The position numbers were made by a program, and so were the translations under genes. 32,356 nucleotides of DNA from Perkinsus chesapeaki ATCC PRA-425 (Eukaryota > Protista > Perkinsozoa), in the NCBI GenBank assembly GCA_013115145.1, contig JAAPAO010000404.1, forward strand, positions 1 through 32,356. The letters are read 5' to 3'. Under the pieces are notes generated by a model. That model saw nothing but the letters and a program-made list of their open reading frames with translations. It was not told where the DNA came from and ran no database searches. Positions 1-10,559 of this stretch are shown here, one piece after another. Every line of letters starts with the position of its first letter. The stretch's first letter is position 1.

Positions 1-72
1 GCCGGTTTAGCTTAGTGGTAGAGCGTCAGTCTTGTAAACTGAAGGTCGGCGGTTCGATCCCGCCATCCGGCT
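1..72 (+). tRNA. tRNA-Thr(UGU), no encoded CCA
   Basis: Cloverleaf: acceptor GCCGGTT/ATCCGGC with one mismatch; D arm GCTTAGTGGTAGAGC; anticodon arm TCAGT-CTTGTAA-ACTGA with anticodon TGT; T arm GGCGG-TTCGATC-CCGCC. Confidence 0.95.
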
Positions 73-79
73 TCGCTAT

Positions 80-2531
80 ATGAAGTGAATGGTATCAACT
101 CCGCTGCCCTGGGGAACTCCTGTCCAATTTTCCCGAACTCCGGCTTGAATATAAGCTTACAGTGAATGTTTTGTATCAGGCACAGTTCTCCTCGAAACCG
201 CTCGACCATCCGTCGTACATCCCGAACTGAAGAAGCATGATGCTAAACGAGCTCAGCAGCTGGCGAACATGAAACCTATGTGAGGTCTCTTCCGCTGTTT
301 CGAAATCCAGGGGAATTTGCCTCTATCATCGCCTACTTGAAGACAGTATTACGTCGTCGATTTATACCGTAGTCTGTAGATTACAGGTGTATGGTGATCT
401 GAAACAGCGACGTTGTAGGTACGATAGGCTTGGAGGCGAACCAGCGATCACGAAGCTAATAGATATCGTATATGATAAAGCAGTTGTTGACACCACTTTA
501 CGCAGCTTTTTTGATAAGAACAAAGCCAAGATAACCTCGATCAAGAAAAAGATGGTCCAATTCCTATGTGGAATTACTGGTAGCCTAGTACTCAGCTATT
601 CGGGGGATTTCCTGGGCAATTTTTGTTACCTTGCAGGAGGCCCAACCAGCTACGACTCCAACGATATGCGTCCGGCGCACTATAACATGAATATTACCGA
701 CTACCATTTTGATGTAATGCTTGGTCTCATAAAGGAGACCGTTTTGAGAGAGCTGGATCTAAAGAGAAGTAGTCCCTAGTCTCCTAGGCTATCCGTTGGT
801 ATGGGTCCTATCCTAGGTGACGCACGAGACCTTGCTAAGCTGCTACAGCCTGTGCGACCAATGGTCACAACAGGGTATGGAGTAAGAAAGGAAGTCGCGC
901 TCAAGAACCTATCCCTCGGCAAGGACCAACTTTATAGAAAGTAGGTAGCGGCCACACCTTCCTGTGATATTCCCTCCCCGTATGAGCGGCGTACGATCTG
1001 CCCCAGTAACACAGGGTTCATCTAGCTCGTTCCGCTCGACTCATCGGGCATGACTCATGGTCGTCCTTTATCGACCGCTTCTTTGCTCAGGCTTGGCGGG
1101 GAGAAAGGCATAAGAGAGACATTGAACGTGCTCTATCAGATCGTGAGCACCGATGCTCGGATAAAGGAGTACTTCGACAGCAAAAGAATTGACAAAATTA
1201 AGGAAGGCCAAACGAAATATTTCATTGAGATGTTTGGTGGGCCTAAAAAGTTCTCCGGCCGAGAGCTCTACGCTATTCATGAGAACCTGAGGGTAAATGA
1301 TTTCCACTTCGACGCATTCCTGGCCGACTTTCAACGTGCCATGTTGGGAACCGGAGTTGACGAAGCTGTGATGGACGAGGTTCTTATTACCATTGAGGAG
1401 GTGCGTTCTCAAGTCATGGGACGGAAACATGTCGAAGGTAACCAATAGTGCCGCATCATCGTTCATCTCGCTATCCGTCTGCTCAGCACCCGGGGTAATG
1501 AAGAACGGTAAGACTTTGCTAGCTCGACTGGGTGGTGATATGAACTTGGAGTCCCTTGTTGAGAATATGTGAGTCACCCTGGCATGGCTCGTGTAGCGGT
1601 CTGGTGGTAGGTACGACCGCTGCGTGCTCGACTCTCGAGTACAGTTCTTCTTCAACCGGGACAAAGCAACACAAAGAAGGATACGCATGAAGATGTAACC
1701 AAGATTCTCCTCCCTGTCGTCCCCCTCCGGACCGCCCACCCGTGCATAGGTACCAGTATTTGAGTGGGGCATTTGGAGGCCCGATCCAATATGACCCTAC
1801 CCACCTTAAGCCCGCACATTACCGCATGAACATTACAAGCTACCATTTCGACGCAGTATTAGAGATTCTCGCTAGATCCGCCAAAGAAATGAACATAGAC
1901 GCGGACACAATGGACGATATGGCGCAGGCATGGCCACGAGTCATCTATGCTCATCTATGCACAATCGTTATCAGGTTGTTAATGGTTGCCGCTCCGACAT
2001 TACGATTGGCTGTACGGTGCGGATGGAAGCTGCCAAGAAGAAGAATGATACCGAAGGCTTAGATCAGCTCTTCATGAAATTAGGAGGCCACGAGGGGCTC
2101 GCCAATTTCATAAGTCACCTGTAGGACCGTTTAGCCCAGCTCGCTTGGTAGTATGATGAACTGCTCCAGGTACGAATTTGTGGAGCGAGATTCCAGGATT
2201 AACATGTTCTTTGAAGGCTCTAAACTTGAGCTCATCAAGAAGGCCCAGGGAGACTATATCAGCACACTGCTCGGAGGTGCTACGGCGCCTTAAGTGGCTA
2301 CTCGACTATCTTGGCTCAGGCTCGGCGGAGTACCACGGCAGAAGCCTCGAGGAAGTTCATCAAACGCTTGCCATGACCGATTTCCATCTGGACTGCTTCC
2401 TACAATGTGCCCAGAGGTCACTTAAGGATTTAGGTGCCGAGGAGGATACCATTGATGAAGTTTTCGTTCGACTAGAATCAGTTCGAAAAGCGCTTTTGCA
2501 TGCCCACTACTCCGACTCGCATTACGGCTGA
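80..2531 (+). CDS. Multi-exon protein with four tandem group I truncated (2/2) haemoglobin domains; start codon uncertain
   Basis: Four repeats of RLGG...Y(B10)...F(CD1)...GG(P/S)...H(F8)...H(F/L)D: YDRLGGEPA..GGPTSY..PAHYNMNIT; LGGEKGI..GGPKKFSGRELYAIH; ARLGGDMN..GGPIQY..PAHYRMNIT; KLGGHEG..GGSAEYHGRSLEEVH. Joined by short introns, e.g. 941-1090 and 1928-1974. Stop TGA at 2529-2531. A start at ATG 80 requires intron 85-162. Confidence 0.9.
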
Positions 2532-2712
2532 GAATCCGCCATCTGGCTTTGTGCCAACACTACCATTTTTCTCTTTTGTCCATGCTTTTCGCCATGCTAC
2601 TTTGTTTATCCAGGAGATGTTGTCGCCCAACACAGTCGGAGTTGTGTATTACTTGTCGTCGTGAGTGTCCGTCCGTTCGGAACACTCGGCGGGTTTCTAG
2701 GTTTTCTCTGGA

Positions 2713-3795
2713 ATGTCGTTGTCCGGTCAAAAGCGGCGGCGGCGCCTCCGATGCTTCGCATGTTTCTTCGGCAGCCATACCAGCCGGGCGCGAGTTCATG
2801 CTGTGGATGATCATCGGACTGCGGATTGCGGCCATAAAGAGCTTACAAGCGTCATGACTCAGACAGATGAGACGACCGTTGGTGGTAGCGGCGGTCGAAA
2901 GCTATCGGTAGCCATACCTGTACCGTGGTCTGGAGACCAACCAACAACACCGATGTCAGCCAGAGGAGACAAGACCCCAGGTAGCTAGGCCATGAACTAT
3001 CAGGATCACAAGTCTGCAGGTCAATTCTTCGGAGGAGCCTCTGATCAGGCTTCAGATGCTGGTGGAGTTGTAAGCATGTCGGGGCGATCATCGATACGGG
3101 AGGACGACGGCGATCACATAGTGTTTCTCGGGGATACTGAATCGGTAGCACGACAGCTTAGAAACCTTCGATGTCGCTAGTTTTCACTCTAACTGCCGAC
3201 TGGCTATGTTGACAGATATCCGACTCTTCCTCGAGTGCTCTATCGTCGGTATCGTCCGGGAAGCAATCTACGGATGGGAACGAGCGGGCGGTCTCAAGGG
3301 CAGGCAGCACAGGGGTAAGGAGACCCTCCGCGTTTCTCTTGCGTGCTCAATGGGAATGTCGATATAAAAATGTAGACCACATTTTTACTCTTGCTCTCAC
3401 CGGCGGACTACCGAATACACACCCACACGATGTCCGCATTTCCCGCGGGTCTAGGCACTCTTTGTATTTACTGGCCCGACGTCACCCGTCACCAAGGGTT
3501 TGCGTTTTATTCAGTGTGCCCCGACCGCAGATGGTCAAGGCGACCTACCGGATCTGCATCAACAACTGAAAGACTGTGAGAACCAAACACAGGCCCTGCT
3601 TCAGCGGTGGAGAACTTATGTACGTGGCGGAGCGCTGCACGATGTTAGCCGTATTTTGGCGATGAACATTGAGCCATCGCCGAGAAGCCTTTGCCAAGAA
3701 GCCCCGAGTTAATTCTTCCGGCTCATCTGCGTTCACGTATAATACCAATCTTGATGTTGTTCCGCGGTCGATCGTTGAGTTAAGTCGTCGAATGA
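2713..3795 (+). CDS. Hypothetical multi-exon region, probably the N-terminal part of the downstream PIH1 gene
   Basis: Spliceable exons (MNYQDHKSAG..., YIRLFLECSIVGIVREAIYGW, NVDHIFTLALTGGLP, DLHQQLKDCENQ, AFAKKPRVNSSG). A phase-1 GTGGGT donor near 3796 with the AG at 3831-3832 would join it in frame to the next ORF. No family recognised. Confidence 0.45.
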
Positions 3796-3846
3796 GTGGG
3801 TAGTGTTCAGCAGGGCGCTTTTTGTCGGACAGTAGCATTATCTGAC

Positions 3847-5007
3847 ATGACTCGGCGACAGCACTCTTCGGCTTTGTTGGGCCTGGAGGATGCAGACAGC
3901 CTAATCCCTGGCCTACTGAAGCTGAACTTGGCGGCAGATGAAGAGAGGGCGAGGGATCAGAGAACGACAAAGGTGGACGACACCGACCTGTCCCCTCCGA
4001 AGGGAACGCCGGAGTTCGTCCCTAAACCTGGTATGGTGCGAATTTATGGGAAGCCTCATATATATCATTTTAGGCTTCGTCATTAAGACCGTTCTGGAGA
4101 AGCTTGCAAATGGAGGGGACTTGCAGGCGAGGAATGAAAAGGGCATTCCTTTGGCGGAGTTCTATGTGAATGTGTGCTACGACTACAGGTAGGAAGATAC
4201 CGTGCCTCAATCGAGTCCATTCAATTTGAAGGGTGCGTCCTCCACATACTCGTGACGGCAAACCGACGAAGGAGCTCGAGACGGCATTGATACCGGTTTC
4301 TATAGGACAGCGACGAGAGGATTTGAAGGCTTCCGATAAGTCCATTAAAAAGCGAGTGTGGTCACTTCCACTGTATACTTATTAGTTCAATGTCCTTCAG
4401 GTCATTGTTGATGTTGTGGTCCATACGGATGTGATGGTTAAGGCAAAGGATGACGCGCAGTTCAAGAGGTGAGATGCTTTAGGGCAGTCTTGTAAACCAA
4501 TAGAAACAGGTTTGTTGGTGTCCTGTGTCTGGACCAGCTGATTGGTTTGGAGAGGATGATGGAGGCATACAACAGAGAGTTCGAGGCCCCCTCGGTCGAG
4601 CAGCAGAAGGCAATCCACACCACTATGTCGGGAGTCCACGGAGTGCGGGGATCGGAGAACGCATTCATGCGCCATTTGCAGTCGTTCTCAGGCATCTGTT
4701 GCTGCCCTACGGTTCCGAGAGTCGGCGTTGGAGCTTCCCAAGATTTCGTAAGGCGCGCGTGTTCTCATTTTGATTCATACCAGCAATGCTCAGATATAAG
4801 GCTGGCAAGAACCCCCTGTCGCATGTTCTTCAAGCCGACGCCGATCCCAAGCTGGTGAACGCTCAGCGCGTGGAGAAGCACGAGGGGTCTGTAGAGAAGA
4901 AGGATGTTGCCCAACTGCACCCAGAACCTCTCATTCTGCCTCATGTGAGCGCGGCTGAGAATGGTGAATTTTTATTGCGTGAACGAAAGACTGTGAGACT
5001 AAACTAG
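3847..5007 (+). CDS. PIH1-domain protein (R2TP / dynein axonemal assembly factor, DNAAF2/PIH1D-like)
   Basis: Spliced translation FVPKP|GFVIKT...FYVNVCYD..VRPP...LIPVSIGQRRED...VIVDVVVHTDV...QFKR.LI matches the PIH1 N-domain pattern PxPGFxIKT / FINIC / IPxSxG / VxDVxxH. It is followed by LRYKAGK. Confidence 0.7.
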
Positions 5008-5101
5008 TATAGATGAAGCATCTCTTGCGTTGGAAGTATTCGGCTGTTAACAAAACACTCCAACACAACACTATAAGAGATAACACTTCAAAAGCATAAT
5101 A

Positions 5102-6091
5102 TCAAGAAGGGGTCTGCCGCCGAATTGAAGCCCTCTTGCGACCGGATTTCGCTCCCATTCCACGTCGCACAGTCGCCGTAGCGTCGAATAACCGCTGAAA
5201 GGCCGATGATAGGCCGGTGCTAAGTGACCATGGGGCCGCATCTGAGTCACTATTTAGCATCGGAGGAGGGGGTCTTCGTCTGACTCGGCGCTCTGGCAGG
5301 ACTATCCACTTGGTCTTGTCGACAACCGATGGCTTAGATCGTCGAGATCGTGGTACTGGTTGAGGCAATACAATCCCTCGTACAGACATCTTTTCATCAG
5401 CATCATAGCTCCCTATCGACACGTCAGAACTCATGGATGCCACTTCGTCGCTGCTGCTGCTGTCTGTGGGGCTCACGCCAGCGGCTGCGAGCATTGAGGC
5501 GATTAAAAAGCTCGCTCGCTCTTTAGAGGCCGCACTGATGTCTCGGTAGTGCCCCGCAATTTTCGTATCATATACCGAACTAGATCCCGCGACCGAGTCG
5601 GCCTCACCAGTTTCTTCAGAATATAGCCCGGCGGTAAGGAGCTCCTCCGAAGAATCTGTTGATCTTAAATAAGGACCACCTAGGGAAGCGATCTGGATTC
5701 GGCAGCTGGGGCAAGTAATAGGTGATGTTTGAACACCCATGTCGGTGCTCAGCGGCACGTAATCCTCACTAGGCTCAAAAGGAAACCGTGGAGGCGGGGG
5801 AGTGTTAATAGCGAACACCCGTCCCTGGAATGGAGGGGGTATCGGTGGAAGGGTCGAGTCGACAGGCTCTGGCTTCTGGCCCTCCCAGTCGGCTATCAAC
5901 TTCGCCACTTGAGTCGGTCTTTTCTGTACAACTGGCGATTCGGGCACACTGGCGAGGAAAGATTCTATGGAGGTAAAGTCTGAGGGAACGGTTCACATTG
6001 AAGAAGATCAGGCTCTCCTACCTCGAGTCTTCGGCGGAGAGAGAGGCGCTCCGTGTTGGGCGTCGCTGAATGCGGTACTTGTGGTCGACAT
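5102..6091 (-). CDS. Hypothetical Ser/Pro-rich disordered protein, 2 exons (intron 5980-6021)
   Basis: ATG at 6091 (MSTTSTAFSD...KTR|DFTSIESFLASVPESP) splices via a 42-nt GT-AG intron into the 281-aa ORF. Contains GVQTSP and CPSC. Confidence 0.6.
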
Positions 6092-6188
6092 TTAGCAGGG
6101 GAAGGGGCCTCGGGGACTCGACTCTTTGACAAAACGCAATACCAGCAGAAGGGCACTAGTAAATTATGGGGCAGCAAGTATTCATGCT

Positions 6189-7634
6189 TCATTGTCTGTT
6201 TCTCCGACGACGAATCGGGGAGGACGGCAATGGCACATATGCGACCGAAAGGGCGGAGCTAATATCAGGAGATGCTTGCTGTTGGCTCGGCCGTCGAGAG
6301 CTCCTATAACTGAAGCGACTCTCACTCTTGGTCGTCGATGTTGAGGGGCGACGCTCAGCTGGAGTTTCACCCCCTTCAGCAGCCCAAAGAGAGTTGAACC
6401 ATGCCGTGGCTGTGTCGAGGTAGCTCTCGGATTGGGCAATGCCGTCTTCACCCGTAATCTCCTGGTCACTGACGCTGGGCATCTGTCTCGGAGGCTGCTC
6501 AGTTGGTTCGATAGCCTCCGCTATGCTGTTTTGTTCCCGCTCCTCACCGTTATATCGCGGGCTGCTGTTCTCCTCCCTATATTCGGGGGAGGAGTTGTCT
6601 ACGAACCCGAGTGTCTCAGTCTTTTGCGGACTCGCAGGAAGCCGCTCGAGGCTAGCATCTTCGGACTGACTCAATCGTCCTGCACTACGCTCTGCAACTT
6701 CACTCGACGGGAGGCCACTGATATTCTCGTATACGTAGTCGCCGTCAGCTCCCTCGGTAATCGAATTGCGGTGCGAGTGCTCATCTATATCAGCGGCGTT
6801 TGACGATTCACCGTCATCTGCTCGAAGGTCATCGCCCATGGCCTCGACAAACCAGACCGGAGGGACATCAGGCGCATCCAGTCCGTCCAGTATGGTGCAA
6901 GACACCGACGCGTTTATCCGAACGATCTCATCCGTCTGGACGCTAACCTTCCTGGTGGGGTAACGGCGAGCTGGTGAAGGCATGGTCGCGTCGTACGCCA
7001 CGTCGCCCCACACTAGTGTCTGAGTTCGCCTATCTGTCCTCGATAAAGCCACCCCTGGACTCTCCCCCATCGGCACACCCACCCCATCTCGCCTGAATCT
7101 CATGAGGCGTGGAAGGTTCAGGTCCAGCGATGAATCCCGCGCAGTTGGGATGGTTTTGTCGCGAGGCGCCGGCTGCGGTGTGCTGACCGATTCGCTTTGA
7201 ACGCCCCTTGTAGTGGTGGCTATTGGAAGCGTGCTCTCGGAAGTTTGCACAGATACCGCACACGTCTTTGCGTAGGGTCGTTGGGATTCACGTTTCGCCA
7301 GAAGAGCGATCTCGTCCACTATACACTTGATGACGTTGGGAAAGACATCCCACTGGGCCTGAAAAGATCTGATGATAATGATTCTCGTCTGAGCTGCCCG
7401 ACTCACCGCCGTGTCACAGCCCATTTGATCGATGTAGCTCAGTTGGTGTTCTGCTAGCTTGTTGGCGATTACTAGTATTCGCAGGACCAGGGTGCACAGA
7501 GGCGGCGAAATTGGCGAGAGGACTTGAGGTATGTACTGAGATAGCTGCTCCCAGTCTCGGACCTCCGATGGGGGGCCCATCTGGTCCGGCAACCCCGATG
7601 CGGAGTAAAACAGCGAAGGTGTCGTCGAGGGCAT
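6189..7634 (-). CDS. Hypothetical disordered protein, tandem paralog B (in-frame 48-nt intron 7359-7406)
   Basis: 481-aa ORF. N-terminal block DWEQLSQYIP..SPPLCTLVLRIL..LAEHQLSYI..TA|AQWDVFPNVIKCIVDE is homologous to paralog A. Late motif WFNSLW. Confidence 0.7.
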   Translation of the reverse strand: MPSTTPSLFYSASGLPDQMGPPSEVRDWEQLSQYIPQVLSPISPPLCTLVLRILVIANKLAEHQLSYIDQMGCDTAVSRAAQTRIIIIRSFQAQWDVFPNVIKCIVDEIALLAKRESQRPYAKTCAVSVQTSESTLPIATTTRGVQSESVSTPQPAPRDKTIPTARDSSLDLNLPRLMRFRRDGVGVPMGESPGVALSRTDRRTQTLVWGDVAYDATMPSPARRYPTRKVSVQTDEIVRINASVSCTILDGLDAPDVPPVWFVEAMGDDLRADDGESSNAADIDEHSHRNSITEGADGDYVYENISGLPSSEVAERSAGRLSQSEDASLERLPASPQKTETLGFVDNSSPEYREENSSPRYNGEEREQNSIAEAIEPTEQPPRQMPSVSDQEITGEDGIAQSESYLDTATAWFNSLWAAEGGETPAERRPSTSTTKSESRFSYRSSRRPSQQQASPDISSALSVAYVPLPSSPIRRRRNRQ

Positions 7635-9632
7635 GTGAACACACTGAAGATGCGAGCTAGGAGAGGGTGTGCCATTGAGAGCTCAACAGGATGATGAGGA
7701 TCCAACGACAGATCATGGTGCATGGTGGGGCAAAGGCCCGCTGGTGTTAAATAACGTGAAAGTGCTCTCGCTACTTGCCAAGTCGTTTTCGATGAAGGGA
7801 TGACACCGAATTGGGAAGAACAATTGGCTCTTGGATATACGCTCCTGAACCGAACATTAAACCGAACAGCAACTCGCGAGAGTGTCTTACCCATTTCGGA
7901 GGACTCAGACCTTTGCTCTTTCACCGAAGCCAAATATCGGGAAACCGCTGACGTGACACGTGTCACTGCAGGGCTGTCAGATTCTTCACCGCGTCGCTTG
8001 TCTTGATTCGCTTGAGCACTGGCTTTCCGTTGGTAAGACCTCCTCCTTCTTGCTGCGGGTGAGTCCCCCCACAGCCCCGACACCCAGCTGGTGACCATCT
8101 TAGCATACTTTTCCATGCTCTCTTCGTTCATGCCTTCCGCGTCATCAACACCCTCATGCCACGATGATACATCGGAGGCTCGGTCTGCAGAGACGGCACC
8201 AGTGCAGGGTGGCAACGAGGGATCAGTGAGCCGCACGCTATGGGCCTCAAGATGAGATGAACGTCTGCGCCTCGGAACAACAGGCCCGATTTTGTTTTCA
8301 GTGTCTTCATGGAGAGTTCCCACTGAGCTGCTCACTGGTGCATAATCCTTCGTTTCTTCAATCGCGTCCCTCGGGCTTCTTTTGGATTCCTCTGATATTA
8401 GCGCTTCTGTAGGGTCTTTAGGCAGTGCTATTGTCTCGCTGATATCCCTACTTTTTTCATAGTAGCTATCGTCATCCAGCAGCTGCAGATGGGAGTCCTC
8501 CGCAACACCCTCGGACAGATAGCATTCCGGTTCCTTTGATGATGTCATCTCGTCGGGTTGCTGCAACCTGTCGTCTGTTGGCCGGAAACTGTCGCGTGGC
8601 GCCCTCACAGTCGACGAAGCACTGTTTGCGAATTCTGTAGAGTTTTCTGGGGTTTCCTGTCTTCCGGCTATGTCAGCCGTCCCAGGTCTAGGTACCCTAT
8701 TTTCCGACGCAGTCGTATAAACTCGATCAAGGGAACTACTCACACTGTATTGAAGGGTGAACCGCCTCGTCGGCTTTTCTTGCGGGCGAAGTCCCGCATC
8801 GTGCTCATCCCCGAAGCCGCTGTGAAGCCGAGTTAGATCCCGCTCTTCTTCAGTTTGCATCGCCGCACTGCGCAGATGGGGCCCAGGCGGGGTAGTCGTC
8901 GCTCTCTCTTCCACTCGTGCCACGGCAACAATGCCTACACTTCGTGCGGCCAACACTGAGGAAGTACCAACACTCCTAGAAAGTCTCCTCGTCGCTGACC
9001 GCCGTCGCACGCATGCAGGGCACGGAAGATTCGCCTGAGCGGCGGCCATTTGCCTTGACATGATCTGCTTGGAAGTATTAGTTGCTCGACTGACAGCTCG
9101 GTTGGCCAACTCAGCAGTTACAGGCGACGGCGTTTCCGACCCAGCGGCGTTGGTTTGTGTACCGAAGTCTATGGAAGAATCTCTGGGCCTCGATACAACG
9201 ACTTTGGGTTCGAATTTAGAAGCCTTGATAGTCCTCCTTGAGAGTGACCGAGACTCTGCTGATGCACGATCAGTGGCAAGCCCCATCATAGCCTTTTTGG
9301 CCGCCTCAGTTGCGGTCTTTCGGTGACGACACACAACCACTACTTCATCCACTATGCACTTTAGAACGCAGGGAAATATCTCCCATTGGGCCTGAAGAGA
9401 TCGTATACCACAGCAGAAAACACAACCCTACCGCAGTCGCCTTATCGAGGGCCTTTATATGATTAAGTTGATGCCACGCCAGCCTCTCCACCACCTCCAA
9501 CAGTCGAAGCATAAGCGCACAAAGCGCCGGTGATCGCTTGCCTAATGCGTGAGGTATATACCGAGCAAGGGAGCTCCAATCCTCTGGATCATTATCACGC
9601 AACGGAGACATTAACTGGATCAATCTGGTCAT
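7472..9632 (-). CDS. Hypothetical disordered protein, tandem paralog A (40-nt intron 9392-9431); 3' end uncertain, ORF runs into paralog B
   Basis: MTRLIQL..DWSSLARYIP..SPALCALMLRLL..LAWHQLNHI..TA|AQWEIFPCVLKCIVDE splices into the 626-aa ORF. Late motif WVSGLW. Confidence 0.7.
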
Positions 9633-9895
9633 CGATGCTCGCCGTTTCACCTCTGATTGACAACACAAAAGGATAGAAATTGATGGAAATACGTCGCAAT
9701 GGTCCACGAACATTGATAAGTAAAAACTGGTCGCCGCCGGCAGGAGGCATGAACAGCCCCATCACGATGGACGACGCTGCGGGAAACGGAAAGCCAGGAC
9801 GGGTGATATCGCTGCCGCGCCGCGGACATTCCACCACCTGCGGGAAAGTTCTCTCGGTATCAGGTCATCAAGCAGTTCTTACGAAGAGGACTCAA

Positions 9896-10520
9896 TTAAA
9901 ATCGCTGAGCGAGTGGAGCAGAAACTGTACCGCTAAAAGACAGATGAGTAGGACCCGACCCCACCAGTGCTGCCATCGAAGCCAACTGAGACGGAGGATA
10001 TTTAACGAAAGTGAGCGGAATCTGGCAGCTTACATCTGTCTTCGTCGCTTCCCAAAGATGCGAAGTCGTCGTTGAGATCATCACCGAACACCCAGTATGG
10101 GGAGGCACTCATAATGGGAGAACTGGGTCCTGATATTGGACAAGCGTTGGGGTTGAAACCATACCTGAAGACAGCCACGTGCATGGCGGAGCGAATAAGG
10201 GTGGACAGCAAGGCACGTACACAGAACAATCAGTGATATCTCCAATGGTGACCTGCCAGCCCGAGTGATGCCCGTGTACCCAGCTCCTGACATGTTGGGC
10301 CTCCACGTTGGTGTTTAAGCGTAGGAACCACTGAAGAGCAGTTGCACTTGAAGGACCGCTACCAGATCCATCCGTGATCGGAGTGACATACATCTGAAGT
10401 AAGCATCACCGCAACTGGAAGAATGACCCACGTACCTCGAAGAGCCTTCCACCTACAGAGTTAACCAACGCCTGCCTCTGCCATTCACAGTCCATATCCA
10501 GAGGACATCGAACCATCACA
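9896..10520 (-). CDS. Hypothetical multi-exon protein
   Basis: Exon-like segments (MDCEWQRQALVNSVGGRLFE|MYVTPITDG...WQVTIGDITDCS..YGFNPNACP..DDFASLGSDEDR|LASMAALVG) separated by GT-AG intron candidates. No family recognised. Confidence 0.35.
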
Positions 10521-10559
10521 CACGCTCCTTCTCCTTCCTAATGAAAAACCACATAGGCT

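Noticed and set aside
1068-1772. 234-aa minus-strand ORF
   Set aside because: Antisense to the well-supported globin exons and has no motif; shadow ORF.
2308-2319. ATCTTGGCTCAG resembles the 3' end of the Perkinsus-type spliced leader (..CCATCTTGGCTCAAG)
   Set aside because: Only 11 nt match, and it lies at an ordinary intron acceptor inside a globin domain; chance is likely.
2538-2548. GCCATCTGGCT, a possible relic spliced leader downstream of the globin stop
   Set aside because: 11-nt partial match lacking the CAAG end and not adjacent to a start codon.
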